Of a DNA stretch of 48,953 bases, positions 1-12,750 are shown one piece after another; within the stretch, counting starts at the first letter, position 1, and every line of letters starts with the position of its first letter. The notes under the pieces were generated by a model. That model was not told where the DNA came from. It made no database searches and saw only the letters and a program-made list of their open reading frames with translations. The stretch is from Vicugna vicugna. Lineage: Eukaryota. Position numbers and translations under genes: made by a program. The stretch spans positions 124,001 to 172,953 of the forward strand of contig MU057648.1 of assembly GCA_013265495.1 (NCBI GenBank). The letters are read 5' to 3'.

Positions 1-998
1 CAGCCCTGCACCCCCACAGCCCAGTTGCTGCCTGATGGCAGGATGGAGAAACAGCTCAGTGTCACGGGCGCACAGGCACCGAAGGGTTATTGTGAACGTT
101 ACCAATTTTGACGTTGCTTGACACATCCTCCCGTCCAGGTCCCTGGAGTTGGCAGGCCTCCCTGGTTTTGGGGGCGGTGCTGCTTAGGCATCGAGGCACT
201 TTGGTCTCAGTCTCAGATCCTTGCCCTGTTTTGCTTTATCGTCTCCAAGGTTAAGGACGAGCCCCCCTGTGGCTCTTGCTTGCTCTGTGCTTCTGCCCCA
301 AGCAGGCAGCTCTTCTGCCCATTTCTCCAGAGCTCCCTGGGGCTGAGCCAGGCAGCTGCCCAGCTCATCCCCGGTCCTCGGGTTGTGCCTTTGTCTCTGG
401 CTTGGCCCCAGGGCAGGCTTGCTGGATTCTGAGTGTCTGTGCCAAGGCTGCTGCCAAGGCTTGTAGGCTCTGAGTGCCGTCCACCCACTGCCCCCACCCA
501 GGCAGATGGACTGTTCCAGGGCTGCCTCTCCCAGCTGGGCCTCCAGGTGCTTGTGGGCTAGCCCTGGAGGCGACATTATACGAAAATTGTGGGATAAGTA
601 ATGGAGGAGGCACTAGCGGCCTCTGGAGGGACAGAAGTCTGACTTGCAGATTGAGGGGGAGAGCTGGGGCAGGGGAGGGGGGCGCCAGCCAGTCGTGGAA
701 ACATCGTGTCAAGGGCTTCCCTTTTCTAACACCTCTTGTCCCCTTTATGGCATGGGGATCGGGCTCTGGCCTCCAGGACACCCCTAACCCTTGGGACCGT
801 GTCTAGAGCCTCACTGGTGCCCAGAATACTCCTGGGTGGGGACATGCCACATGGCCTCTTCCCATGGGCAGAGCTCTGAAGACAGGGCCACCTTGAGTTG
901 GGGGGTCCTGATCCTTGGGCAGGCAGAACCCCCACCCTGCCTGGGTTGTCAGTGCAGTCTTTGCACCCACACTGCTGATTTGCCTCCTGTGTCCCCAG

Positions 999-1115
999 CA
1001 CCCAACAGACGTGGACTACAGGGTCATGGCCACCTTCACCGAGTTCTACACGACTCTGCTGGGCTTCGTCAACTTCCGCCTCTACCAGTCCCTCAACCTG
1101 CACTACCCACCCAAG
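999..1115 (+). CDS. PES1: PES1 exon (HPTDVDY...LHYPPK)
   Basis: cccag| acceptor, |gtagg donor, 117 nt in frame. Confidence 0.95.
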
Positions 1116-4100
1116 GTAGGCCCGGCCCAGCCCAGCACCTTCTCCTCCCCCAAAGGGGCCCTGGCCTTTCTCTCCCCACATGGAGGTGGGGGCCGAGGTG
1201 GGAGCAGTGGGCATCCTTTTTCTCTGACCTTCCGCCTGCCTCCCAGCTCGAGGGTCAGCCCCATGCAGAAGCGAAGACCAGTGATGACACTTATGCTTTG
1301 GACTCCGAAAGCTCTATGGAGGTGAGAGAAGCTGTCAGAGCACGGGCCCCGCCTCCCCCAGAAGGGTGGTTCCTGGTCTGGGGCTGGGAGTGGTCTCAGG
1401 GCTGGTCTTTTGAACCCAAACCTGCTGATATCCATCCCAGAACTGTCAGTGCCACCCCTGCCCCACCCCATCCATGCCCCCCCCCAACCCCCCAACCTGC
1501 AAGCAGCAGCCCTGCTTCTTTCCCGCAGAAACTGGCTGCCCTTGGTGCCAGCCTGGCCCGCGTGGTGGTGCCCACGGAGGAGGAGGCTGAAGTGGATGAG
1601 TTTCCTGCCGATGGGGTGAGGACTGTGCTGTCTTTTAGAAGGGGCGCGGAGGCAGAATGGGGAGGCATAAGGACTGGGAGTTAAAAGGAAGCTGGAGAGG
1701 CTCCAACCTCTGTGTCCAGTGGGGGTGTGGGTGGGGCTGACGGTATGAGCGACCCCTTGTCGCGGCAGGAGGTGTCGGCGCAGGAGGAGGACCGCAGGAA
1801 GGAGCTGGAGGCTCAGGAGAAGCACAAGAAGCTCTTTGAGGGCCTGAAGTTCTTCCTGAACCGCGAGGTGCCCCGTGAGGCCCTGGCTTTCATCATCAGG
1901 TGGGGAGGCTGATGACACTGGCTCTGCCACAGCTTGGGCTAGGTCCCGCTCTGGACCAGGCAGCCCTGGGAGCCTGTGGGTAACATCAGGCTGGTGTCAG
2001 CATCCACTGCTTAGGGCTGTCGGGAAGATTTGACAGAATGGGCGAGGAAAGTTCTCAGCCTGTCCCCAGCATGTGGGAAACACTCATGGGAGGGCAGCTG
2101 GCATCACTTTCTTACCAGCTCAGGGCAGGAGGTCTCTGCTGGGCCATGGTGGGCACCCCATGCCTGAGCGCTCTTGTGGGCTCTCCCTGTGCCTGTAGGA
2201 GTTTTGGGGGGAACGTGTCCTGGGACAGATCTCTGTGCATCGGCGCCACCTACGACGTCACAGACTCCAGCATCACCCACCAGATTGTCGACCGGCCTGG
2301 GCAGCAGACCCCCATCATTGGCAGGTGGGCCCCCGAGGCCCTCGTCTTCTTCCGCTTGTTTGGGTTTCTGGTTATAGGGGTCTATGTCAAGTTCCCTGCA
2401 GATGTGATGACTCTCTGCCTCTGCCCTGTGCCAGGTGCTATGTGCAGCCCCAGTGGGTGTTTGACTCTGTGAACGCCCGGCTCCTCCTCCCCGTGGCAGA
2501 CTACTTCCCCGGGGTGCAGCTGCCCCCACACCTCTCGCCCTTTGTGTCAGAGAAGGAAGGCGATTATGTCCCCCCTGAGAAGCTGAAGTTGCTGGCGCTG
2601 CAGCGGGGGGAGCACCCAGGTGAGGGGCCGGGCCGGGGGTAGGGGGCAGTGGGCAGGTTTCTCCAGGCTGTCCTTGGCCCTGGGCCTCAGCTGGCTATTT
2701 CCCTTCTTGGCTATGAATGTAGAAAGCTCCAGAGAGCAGGACAGCAGGGGCATGAAGCCCTTTAAACCCACCTCTGGAATAAGGCTTAGGGGGAGGGCCG
2801 TTTGTGTTCTATAGTCAGGTGTTCTTGATGTTCGGAGTAGCTCAGCGGAATGGTCTGGAAGTTTACATAGGAGGCGACAGAGCTCAGGTGTCCAGAGCCT
2901 GGAGTTTCCTCTGTGGGGCAGTGCCAGAGGGGCCATGGTTGGGACAGCCCTGCACCGCCTTTGGACCATCCCTGTGGCCAAAGAGGGTGGTGCCCAGTGC
3001 CAGGTCTCACGCCACGGGGGAAGAGCAGAAGTCCTTGGCTGTTTGTAGGAAATTTGAACGAATCTGAAGAGGAGGAGGATGAAGAGGACAATGAAGGTGA
3101 TGGTGATGAAGAGGAAGGAAAAGAAGAGGAGGAGGAGGATATGGAGGCTGGTTCAGAAAAGGAGGAGGAGGCCCGTCTGATGGCCCTGGAGGAGCGGAGG
3201 ATGGAGGCCCAACAGACAGCCCCAGAGGAGCGGAGGACAGAGGCCCGACAGACGGCCCCAGAAGAGCAGAGGACAGAGGGGAAGGTACCGGAGAGTTGAC
3301 TGGGGTCACAGCCTTGGCAGCAGCCCCCTGGCTGTCTTGGTGCCCATTTGGGGGTGGAGGGTGGTGGGCAGCCTGCCTCCACGAGTGTCTACCCTGTTTC
3401 CCCAGAAGCCCAGGGTGATGGCGGGCACGGTGAAGCTGGAGGACAAGCAGCGGCTGGCTCAGGAGGAGGAGAGCGAGGCCAAGCGCCTGGCCATCATGAT
3501 GATGAAGAAGCGGGAGAAGTACCTGTACAACAAGATCATGTTTGGCAAAAGGCGCAGAATCCGCGAGGTGAGCCTCCCACCTGCCCGAGTTGAGCTTCGA
3601 GGCCGCGAGCTCTCCCGGGCAGACTCGGGGCCTCTCTTAACCCTTTTCTGAGGTTGCTTCCTGGCCCGCCCCAGCGTCTGGGGCCCCCACCCAGGCCCAT
3701 GTGGGCATCTTGGTGTCAGTGTCCTTCCTGCATCCGGCGCTTTCTGAGTCTGTGGGGTCCGGGGCCAGAGCCGTTTCAGCAGAGCCAACATGCTTTTATG
3801 AAGGAGCGCCTTACGGAAGTGCATACACCTGGAGGGACTACGGGAGGTTTTGGTTCACCTTCTGTTTCTTTCTCATTCACAAAGCCACATACACTTACTA
3901 TTTTTCAAAGAGTTTCATGCACACCGGAACTCTAATGGACGGCCTGAAAGCGACTCAGCTTTGCCCATGGGGTGATCCGTAGTAACAGCCGCCCAGGTTT
4001 CTTTTGTGCACGTAATGACATGGACATTATTTGGGGGGGTGTGGTGCTGCATAGACAAGCAGACCTCCTTGGATTGCGTTTGCTTTACTGCATTTCATAG

Positions 4101-5235
4101 ATACTGTTTTTTAACAAATAGGAGGTGTGGCAGCCCTGTGTTGAGCACGTCTGTTTAGCGCCATTTTTCCAAGAGCATTTACTCATTTCATGTGTCTGTC
4201 ACCAGCGACATTGATAATTCTCACATTTCAAACTGTTTCATTATTCTGTTTGTTCTGCTGATCTGTGATCAGTGTTCTTCGATGTCAGTATTGCTAAAAG
4301 ATCACAACTCATTAAAGGCTCAGGTGAAGGTTAGCATTTTTTTTTTTGGCCATGAAGTATTTTTTGATTAAGATATATGCATTATGTTTTTAGACATAAT
4401 GCTATTGCACCCTTGATAGTCAACAGTGTAGTATAAACGTAACTTTTAAATGTGCCTGGAGACCGGAAAGTGGCCGAGAAGTTCGGGTGACTGCCTTTAT
4501 CGCAACCTTCAGTTTGTCGGGGTGAACTGGAACTGAACCTGCAGTATCTCCAGGGCCTGCCTGCAGGTTGTTTTGCTGTGTGTTTATCATTTAACCGTAG
4601 CCTGAACCTCTGTCCATGGCATCTTACAGTGTTCTCTGCTGACAGGGTTAGGTTGTCTGCCATTTTTAGTCATTCTTAGAAGACACTTAAGCACCTCTCA
4701 CTTCCATCCAAGTGTCTCTGTAGGGTAGATTCTTAGGAATGTAATCGCCGGGTTGAAAGGCCTACCTGCTTTGTAATAGATGCTGCCAAACGGCCCTGGG
4801 GGAAAGCCTGTTCCAGGTTGACTCCTCCCTAGCAGCTCCTGGTGAAGGTTGAGTGGCACCCAGCTTTCCCAGGTCAAGGTGTCAGTGGGGCGGTTGCTTC
4901 CAGCTCTGGGAGCCTGTGATCCTCCTAACTTGCTGTGGGCCCATAAAATACTGAGTTAGAGAGGCAAAAGTGAAGGCATATTTCTTCACCCAAGGTGGTT
5001 CAGATTGGTTTGTTTTCCCCCATGGTAGTAATTTGCCTGTTAGCTTTTCTGGAAGCTTGCATTTTACGGGGTGGCCTTGAGTGGGAGAAAGGGGGTTGGG
5101 TTCCTTCCCTGCCCCCCCATCACAGCTCAGTCCTCCCTTTTCTCCTCACAGGCCAACAAACTGGCGGAGAAGCGGAAAGCCCATGATGAGGCTGTGAGGT
5201 CTGAGAAGAAGGCCAAGAAGGCAAGGCCGGTGTGA
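999..5235 (+). CDS. PES1: Pescadillo ribosomal biogenesis factor 1, 3' part (nine coding exons; 5' exons lie upstream of the window)
   Basis: Exons 999-1115, 1247-1321, 1529-1615, 1769-1899, 2199-2324, 2435-2619, 3049-3284, 3406-3567, 5152-5235. All are AG/GT-flanked with compatible phases. Translation gives [17 protein letters not shown]..., the BRCT region ([17 protein letters not shown]...[12 protein letters not shown]), an acidic tract and C-terminal KKAKKARPV*. Confidence 0.97.
1247..1321 (+). CDS. PES1: PES1 exon (LEGQ...ESSME)
   Basis: cccag| acceptor, |gtgag donor, 75 nt. Confidence 0.93.
1529..1615 (+). CDS. PES1: PES1 exon (KLAAL...FPADG)
   Basis: cgcag| acceptor, |gtgag donor, 87 nt. 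Confidence 0.93.
1769..1899 (+). CDS. PES1: PES1 exon (EVSAQ...LAFIIR), start of BRCT
   Basis: ggcag| acceptor, |gtggg donor, 131 nt. Confidence 0.93.
2199..2324 (+). CDS. PES1: PES1 exon (SFGG...PIIGR), BRCT
   Basis: tgtag| acceptor, |gtggg donor, 126 nt. Confidence 0.93.
2435..2619 (+). CDS. PES1: PES1 exon ([10 protein letters not shown]...RGEHP)
   Basis: gccag| acceptor, |gtgag donor, 185 nt. Confidence 0.94.
3049..3284 (+). CDS. PES1: PES1 acidic exon containing a 3x36-nt repeat
   Basis: tgtag| acceptor, |gtacc donor, 236 nt; [10 protein letters not shown]...RTEGK. Confidence 0.9.
3168..3275 (+). repeat. Coding tandem repeat, 3 x 36 nt
   Basis: Units at 3168, 3204 and 3240 encode [12 protein letters not shown] / [12 protein letters not shown] / [12 protein letters not shown]. 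Confidence 0.9.
3406..3567 (+). CDS. PES1: PES1 exon (KPRVMAG...RRIRE)
   Basis: cccag| acceptor, |gtgag donor, 162 nt. Confidence 0.95.
4056..4563 (+). mobile_element. Internally deleted Tigger1-type DNA transposon (TcMar MITE, Tigger1a_Art-like)
   Basis: The 5' part (caagcagacctcc...gatcagtgttcttcgatgt) and 3' part (gacataatgctattgcac...atctccagggcctgcctg) resemble the two Tigger1 ends joined without the transposase. Confidence 0.8.
5152..5235 (+). CDS. PES1: PES1 terminal coding exon
   Basis: Polypyrimidine tract + cacag|, [27 protein letters not shown] then TGA at 5233-5235. Confidence 0.95.
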   Translation, partial: ANKLAEKRKAHDEAVRSEKKAKKARPV

Positions 5236-5620
5236 GTGGCGGCAGCCCCTCAATGTGCAAGGCCAGCTCTGGACCAGTGGACTTGGCACAGGCAGGCCAG
5301 AGGGCCTAGGCTTGGTGACAGACCAGCGTCTCTTCTGTTTTCATCCTTCTCCTCCCTCTGCTGGCCTGGCCTCCACTCAGCCTCTCTGGCTGGGCCTCTG
5401 GGCAGCCCCAGCCTCCCTTAGATTGCGCTCCCTGCTGGTGGCTGGGTAAGGAGAGGCTTCCATACTCAGCCGACTTGATTCTCCCAGGAGTCAGCAACAC
5501 ATTCACCCTGGCTTTCCGCCGGCCCTCCCCCCGCCATTCCCCATACCTACCCCTGCTGTGGGTTGGACCCATGGCTCTCCCAGTGCTGTGATGGGGGGTG
5601 AGGGTGGGGGAGTGTTTGTT

Positions 5621-5626
5621 ATTAAA
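5621..5626 (+). terminator. Probable PES1 polyadenylation signal (ATTAAA)
   Basis: ATTAAA ~385 nt after the stop, followed by GT/T-rich sequence. Confidence 0.7.
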
Positions 5627-7249
5627 CGGCTTGAGTTTTGCAGCCAATTGAATTCTGTGTCCGTGAGTTTTCCTGGGGTTGGCAAGAAGGGCCACCTACT
5701 ACCCTGTGCTCTAGGCTGGCCAGCCTTCGGTATTCACTGAGAGGTGCTGGTCACTGCTCAGAGCTTTCTGGATGTCCATGGACCACTGTGGGTCCAGAGT
5801 TGCCAGAAGGTAGGCACACATTTCAACCCAGATACTTTTGCTCTGTTAACCTCCTTCATTGTGTGTAAGTTAAGTGTAGAAGTTCTGGAGACTTTCTCTC
5901 AGGGATGTGTGGAGGGTTCAATGATAATGTTACAGAGACTCACTAGTGTCAGGTGTCTAGAGGGAAAAGTACTCAGGAAATGCCGTGATTGTCATCACTT
6001 CCTGTTGGAGTCAATCCAGGAGGTAAAAGCCAGTGTCTGAAGGGTCTGTGGGGCCTGAGTTGAAGGTTCCTAGCTTTACCTTGTGGGCTTATGGACAAAA
6101 CTGCCAAGCACCCCCAACGTGGGCTTTGTCAGCAGGCTGCCTTGAAACCCTGTCTGGGCCATCCTTACAGCTTCCCACCTGGCCCTGGTGGTTCCCTTGC
6201 AGAGGCCCAGGGGGACATGCTTTTGCTTGGACTGCCAGTTCCTCGTGGCAGAGTGAGGGCTGAAATCTGGAGCTTGGAATGGTTCCGCAACCTCTCCCAG
6301 GTCCAGTAGGGAGTTTCTAAATAGCACCCCCAGGGCACCCCTGTGGATTGAGTGCTGTCAGGAGCAGAGGCTGGGTGGGGAAGGATGGGTTTGGAGCTGG
6401 ACTTCACTAGGTACATGAGGGCCTTGGCCTCCCCACCCCCTCACTCTGTAGAAGTGTCCAGGCTCTACAGAAGTTTTTTGGGCAGTGTCTTCAGGACCAT
6501 CCTGTGCAGGGGGAAGGCAGGCGCTTGGTCAGGCTCTCTGGCTGAGGGAGCGGAGAACCCAGGGCCCTTGTCTTGCTGGGCCTCACTGTGGGTGAGAGAT
6601 GTGTTCCACTTTGACACACTTCATGATTGTCGGGGGAGGGAGCAGGTTCCTTCTAGGGCCTCTGGAGTCTGCAGTCCTGGGGGATGACTTGGGCCTGGGT
6701 GCATGTGCATTGCAGGGCCATGGCAGGGGTGCCAGAGAAAGGCTGGAGAGCAGGCCCATCAGATATGGAAAAATCCCTGGCAGCCATGCTGATGTGGAAT
6801 TTTCCCCATTCCAGAGTCGCCCAGTAATGGCGGGGGCAGTGGGGCTCTGACGTGGCTTATGCCCCTCTGGGTGGCCAGCTGGTTTTGCACTGCCCACAGC
6901 TGGAGCTGAGCATTCCCAGCTCCAGGCCGTTATTAGTCCCCATCCTTGGTCCTGCTCCTCTGAGGGTGAAGGAGGGAAGCTGGGGACTGGGAAAAGGTGG
7001 ATCCTGAATGGGGTACCTGCATCCTGATGGCCCTGTGCTCAGCCCTGATGGGCACCCTGGAGGGGCGGGGTCAGCCGAGACCTCTCAGGGATGTGACCAG
7101 CCCCTACTCTCATCAACATTGCAGACGCCAAAAACGTGTGTCTGCCTTTGCGCGGCCTTTAGAGCCGGAGGCCATACTTCCACTGAATGAAAGTTAAGCA
7201 ACTGTCTAGCCTCCTCCCTTTTTCCCAGAGCTGGGCTGCCCTCACCACC

Positions 7250-7900
7250 ACCACGCCACCCCGTTTCTCGGGCACCCTCGAATCCCCTTCAGGGCTGGGA
7301 GCTCGGCCGAGCCTCAGGGTCCGGCGGCGGGACAATGGCCCCGTTTGCACGTCCGAGACAAACGCGCCTTGTTGGGCCGGCGGCGGGGGCGCGGCGGTGC
7401 GCCCCGGCGCGCTGAATGCGGCTTCTGTGCGTCCCGGGCAGGCGCGGAGGGGCGGGGAGGGGGCCGGGACCCGGGGCGCCATTGGCCGCGGCGTCGGGGG
7501 GCTGGGCCAGGCTGGCGGCCGCACCTGGCCGGAGCGGGAGCGGGTGCGGCGGCGGCGGCGGCGGGGGCGGGAGCATGGTCCAGGCCGGGCCGAGCCGGGG
7601 GACCCGGCGGGTACACCCCGCCGCCTAGTAAGCGCCCCGGGCGGCGCGGCCCGGGGCCGAGCCTGCACTCCAAGCCCGAGAAGGACGGGGACAAGGTACG
7701 TCCTGTGAGCCCAGCACCTTCCACCAGCTTGCGCCCTGCCTCAGTCTACCCTCTGGGGTCCAGGCCCGCGCTACCCTAGCCCCAGAACTGGGACTGCGCA
7801 CGCCAGACCCTCAGACCTGAGGGGTCCGGGAGTGCTACACGGACGCTCCAGGGTCCGCGTGCCCGTCCCGGGGCCAGGGAGGGTGCAGGTTGGTCCTTGC
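7250..7900 (+). promoter_or_regulatory. CpG island; distal GAL3ST1 promoter with a candidate non-coding first exon (donor after 7695)
   Basis: Dense CpG, GC boxes, inverted CCAAT (attgg 7481-7485), (GGC)n run, donor AAG|gtacgt at 7695/7696. Confidence 0.75.
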
Positions 7901-10849
7901 CCGGCCGTTGGTTTTCTTCCCCAGGCTCCTATTTCCAGGGTTTACCCGGTCCTTGGACTTGGGGTGGGTGGGGCTGGAGCTGGGCTGGAGCTGGGAGTTC
8001 ATTAATGATTAATCTCGGACACTGCGCCAGAGCCGTTGGGGAGGAGGGGCAGGGATCTTCCCTCTTCCCACCAGCCCTCCCCAGAAGAGGGGCGGTTAGA
8101 GCAGGGGCTGGGTGTCAGGGTAAAAGACGGATCCCTTCTGCCTGGGGAAGACCCTGTGCTGTCCCACTTAGGAGGCAAAGCCACCAAGGAAAGGCTTGTG
8201 GGAGTGGGGCAAACTCTGGATACCCAACAGTTCCCTTGTTTCCTGGACCAGTGCCCAGGAAGGGGGTCCAGCTTGGTCTGCCCCGCTTGGTGCCAAGCCA
8301 GCATTTTGGTAACAGCACAGAGCAACACTGTGATCCCTTCCCAGTGGGGACCCCCTTCCCACCTGCCTAGAGCAGAGGTGATAGGTGCACATCTGGCTGC
8401 AGTAACCCTAACCAGTGGGAGGGAGGGAGAGAGGGCCGCAGGCCTGACACCTGATCCCTGGGTTGCCAAGGTGACAGGTGCCATGGAAATCTTCAGGAGG
8501 ACAGTCCAGTTGGGAGAATCCAACCTCTTCCTTTATGAAGAGGGTGACCTGAGGCCCAGAGAGGGTAAGGCTGTGGGCTTGGCTAGACCGGAACAGCCCT
8601 ATGCTGCTGTACCCTACCTTGCCCTGTGGAGGAGGCATTGTCACTAACCCCATTATCTGAAAGGGGAAACAGGTTCAGGGAGACTCAGTGACTTGCCCAA
8701 GGTCACACAGTTCAAAGGTGGCTAAATTGACCCCAGATACAGTGACTTGCCCCAGCCCCCATTTCAAGACCCCAGCCTGGCTCATGACCTCTCTGCCCTT
8801 CTGAGGTTCTAGCCTCTTGGAGCTGCCATGGACTCCCCAAACCCCTTCCCCCTTGCCTGCTTAGCTCCCAGCTCTGCCTGACACTCGGGGGGTGGGCAGG
8901 CTGCTACCCTGGGAGCAGAGACAACGGAGCCCTGTTCCCAGCTGCCACCTCGGGCTGCTTCCTCCCTGCTTGTCACTAGGGCAGAGCCCTGCCTGATGGA
9001 AGCGCCCTGTGGACAGAGAAGCACACCTCCCTGCCTTGCATCCTCTTGTCTGATAAGCATGGGTCCGATATTTGAGGGCATGGGTCCAATGCCCTCCTGT
9101 CACCCAGCAAGGGAGGAATGTGTCCCTACGGCCCCTCCCTCTGGGCTCTAAGGGACTGAGTGTGCCATCCTGGTGCAAGAGGCAATGATTAACCTGGGAA
9201 AATGACACACAGATGGTGGAATTCCAGGCACAGCAGCAGGTTGGTGAAGGGCTCTTTCTTCCCTCAAACTGGGCGAGGACTATGGACCAACTCCTTTTAG
9301 AAGCCCCATCCTCCTCCAGATTGAGAGGGCAGAATGGAGCACTGTGCCCACGGTGGTCAGCAGGCTGGGAGCCAGAGGAGTCGCCAGGTGAGAAGTGATG
9401 GTTCAGAGGAAGTGGGGTTTCAGAGGAAACCTACCTCCCAGCCCCAGGGCAGAGATGAGGTGGGGCTTGGGCACCCCCAGATCTGATTCCAGCAGTTTCC
9501 AGACTTGCCAGGGGACCCCAGGCAAGTCCTTCCCTCTCTGTGCCTTGGTTTCCCCAGATGTGAGATCTGGGGGTTAGGGACCTTGGGTCTGGAGCACGGG
9601 AAGTATAGATGCTTGGATGGGGAGGGGGTGGCCCTCCAGGAGTCCCGCTTCTGCCAGGTGGGTCTAGAAGGGTCAGGATAATAATCTGGGGGTGTGCAAA
9701 GGGCTCCGCATGCCTCATCTCATGTGCTCCTCACCTCAAGCCCACAAGAAAGTTGCATTATCCTCATTCGTTAGGGAATGGAGGCTCAGAGAAGGTAGGT
9801 CACTTGCCCAAGGTCTTCCAGCTGGGGAGTGGTGGAGCCAGGACTCAGAGCCAAAGCCTCTCCAGGATGAGCAAGGCAGGTGGGCAGATCCAAGGCTTTG
9901 TGCATAGCAAGTGCTTAGCACCTTTTGAAGACCTTTGTCCTTTCCATATTTTTATGCAACCAAGTGCATGACATCTGTTTAAAAAACATTTCAGTCATAC
10001 TGGGAGGTACAGAGAATGGTTAATATCCACTCCCACATACTCACCTCCCGGGTTCTCAGGAATTTTGACTAAGAGAACAGGGACGGACTTCTCCGTTAAC
10101 CTGTGTTTTGCCACTTCTCATTTAGAGCTACTTGGGGTGACTGAAACCTGCCATCTGGAGGTGTGGTGGTTTTGCCTGGACAAAGCAGTGTAGCAGGCAG
10201 ACCTGTGGGCTTGCTCGGAGTTTCTGACTGGGCCATTTCGCCCCTCCACAAGTTTCTGAGGCTCAGTTTCCCTGCCATCATGTGAGTTAGCAGGTGACAC
10301 TAAGGATGTCTGTCCAGGATACAGATGTGGTTGCCATTTGAAATGGTAGAAATAGGTGACGTTGCAAGATCAAAAAGTATCTTCTGAGTCATCAAAGAAC
10401 ATTGATTTCTTCTTAATTAGCTGCCGGGCCCCATGCCCAGCTGCAGCCATTCCCCCAGCCAAGACGGCAGTGGGGGAAAGATGTCAGGGCTTCTCTACAT
10501 GTTTGGAGGGGGTCCTGCCAGCCAGCAGGCTAAAATGCCCCTCCAGGTGATCCTCCACGTCTCTACTCCAGCGCCCCACTCCAGAGGGCCTCAGAGCGAG
10601 GAAGCTTCTGGACTTTTGCTAGTCACTGCCCCAGTGTGCCTGGACTGAGGGCCACCCTCTCCATCTGCACCTTCAACTGTGCAGCTCACACTTCTCAGCT
10701 TCTCTGTCCCAGGTCCCTGCTGCCTCTTCCCCACTTTAGGAGATGGAGTTTCAGAGAGGGCCGCATGGCTGCCGAGGTCACACAGCGAGGTGGGGCATGG
10801 TTCAGACTAGTCATAGTTCCCTCCTCCTCCAGCCAGACTGCAGTTTTTC

Positions 10850-11280
10850 AAAATGGAAATATCTTTGTTTTATTTTAATTTTTTTCAAAGTAATACAGAC
10901 TCTGTAAAACAAAATTATATGTGTGTACTATATTTATGTGTGTACATATATGTGTGTGTATATGTATTTTTTCATGTCATTATAAATTGTGGACATCATT
11001 TTAATGAGTATAAAATAGACCATTGGATGAATGTCATATATTTTCTACCATCCCCTATTGCTGGATACCTGTTTCTATTTTTCCCCTTTGCTAAAACACT
11101 ACAGTGAACATCTTTGGGCTTCATCTCAGATCTCTTGTTAGATTTTCTTCTTTGAACAAATTCCCACAGGTAGAAGTGCTGGGTTTTAGACCTGTAATAG
11201 TTGCTGTCAAATATGTGCTCTGAGCACTGTAGGGACAGTCTTTCTGCCCTGCTTTTAAAAAAAGTCTTCTCCAGTGTCCC
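10850..11280 (-). mobile_element. Old L1 fragment (approximate limits)
   Basis: AT-rich degraded antisense L1M-like sequence (ccctattgctggatacctg...aaattcccacaggtagaagtgctggg). Confidence 0.5.
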
Positions 11281-12035
11281 CATGAGACTCCCTTCTAGCC
11301 ACAGGAAACAGCCCTAGGACACCCTCACCCCACCACCTTCTCTGCCAGAGCCCTGTTTCCTTGTGTGCCCACCAAACAGTACGAATGCCTGCCGACCAGT
11401 GAATGGTTCACGGGAGCAGTGGTTCCACAGAATGTTCTGCAGCCAATGGCTTTGGAGGCCCTTTTGTCTCCTTGGGGGTCTCTTCCCCACCCTGTTCCCC
11501 TAAGTGCAGGGGTCTTTCTCCTTCCTCACCTGCTCGTCCTCTGACCTCAGTTCCCACCTCTGTACTCATGACCCCCAAGATCTCCCTCTGGTGCTCTAAG
11601 CAGGGGCTCCTTCTGCTCTTTGCACATTCTGCGAGCCTCCCACATCCCCCGGACTCAGTGTGCCCTAAACCCAACCCCCACTTTGACCCCCCAACCCCCA
11701 CACTAAACCTGCCCCAGTACTAAGCCTCCCCTAATCAGGGACTAGCTCTACCCCCAGCCAGCCAGTCACCCCAACGGGGGATTCTTTCCTCCTCTCCTCC
11801 ACACCCTGTCACTCACCAGTGCTGTCCATGCCATGGCCTACAGATGGTTCCAGTCCCTTCCTAGCCTTCTCCTTGGTCCAGGTCCCTTCACACATGGACA
11901 GTGTAACACCCAGCCAACCTCTGACACACACACATATTGGACACTCCAGCCAGGCTGAACATTTGTTAGTTTTTCGATTGCCCTGGCTTTTTGCACATGC
12001 TTTTCTCTCTGCCTGGCTTATTGTAGGGTAACAGG

Positions 12036-12420
12036 TGCATTAGCTAATGCTAGCTGTTGTAACAGATAAGCCCCAAGTTCCAAAAGCCTTAACACAAAGG
12101 CAGTTTGTTTGTCATTTTCCTGAAATCCAATCAGGTGTTTGGTGAGCAGGGATGCAGAGACCCAGGTTCCTCCTATCTCATGGCCCTGCCCACCTTTAGA
12201 TCCTTAGAGATGTCCCCATTCATCCAGCAGGTGGGAAAAGAGACCACAGAGAAGGTCTGCCCACTTAACCTTATCAGCTGTCATTCTGCTCGTATTCCAT
12301 TGGCCAGAATTCAGTTACATGAGGATATTGAACTGCAAGTGCAGATGGGAAATGTAGTTTAGGGAGAAAGGGAACTAACTGCCTTTGGAAAGCAGAAAAC
12401 ACTCAGTAGCTTCTGCCACC
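12036..12420 (-). mobile_element. Old MaLR (MLT1) LTR
   Basis: tagctgttgtaacagataagcccc...ccattggccagaattcagttacatg...ctgccac resembles an antisense MLT1. Confidence 0.55.
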
Positions 12421-12678
12421 GAGCCCTTTAGCCCAGGAAGTCTCCCTGATCATGCCCCTCCCACCTCCCAGGCTGGGTCAGGTGTTTTCTCTCTGCTCCA
12501 GGAAGCCCCGCCAGTGGGTCCTCCATCCCAGACCTGCAGCTGTCTGCTTGTCCCTCTGTCACCCGCAGCACCTTGAGCCCGAGCTCCATGCACTGGGCAC
12601 CATGAACCGCAGTGCTGGGCACAGTGCAGGTGCTCAGTAAATACCTGCAAAACAGATCAATTTAAAACTCACTGTGGT

Positions 12679-12750
12679 GGGGGGGTGCTTAGCATACACG
12701 AGGTCATGGGTTCAATCCCCAGTACCTCCATTTAAAAAAGAGAGAGAGAA
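12679..12750 (+). mobile_element. tRNA-derived camelid-type SINE with 5' internal deletion
   Basis: tgcttagcatacacgaggtcatgggttcaatccccagtacctcc (B box) and A-rich tail; the A-box segment is missing. Confidence 0.8.

Noticed and set aside
791..1930. 297-aa (+) and 275-aa (-) ORFs
   Set aside because: Read-through of PES1 exons and GC-rich introns, or the antisense shadow of them
7159..7779. Several overlapping 95-173 aa ORFs
   Set aside because: Low-complexity R/G/P/A products typical of a CpG island
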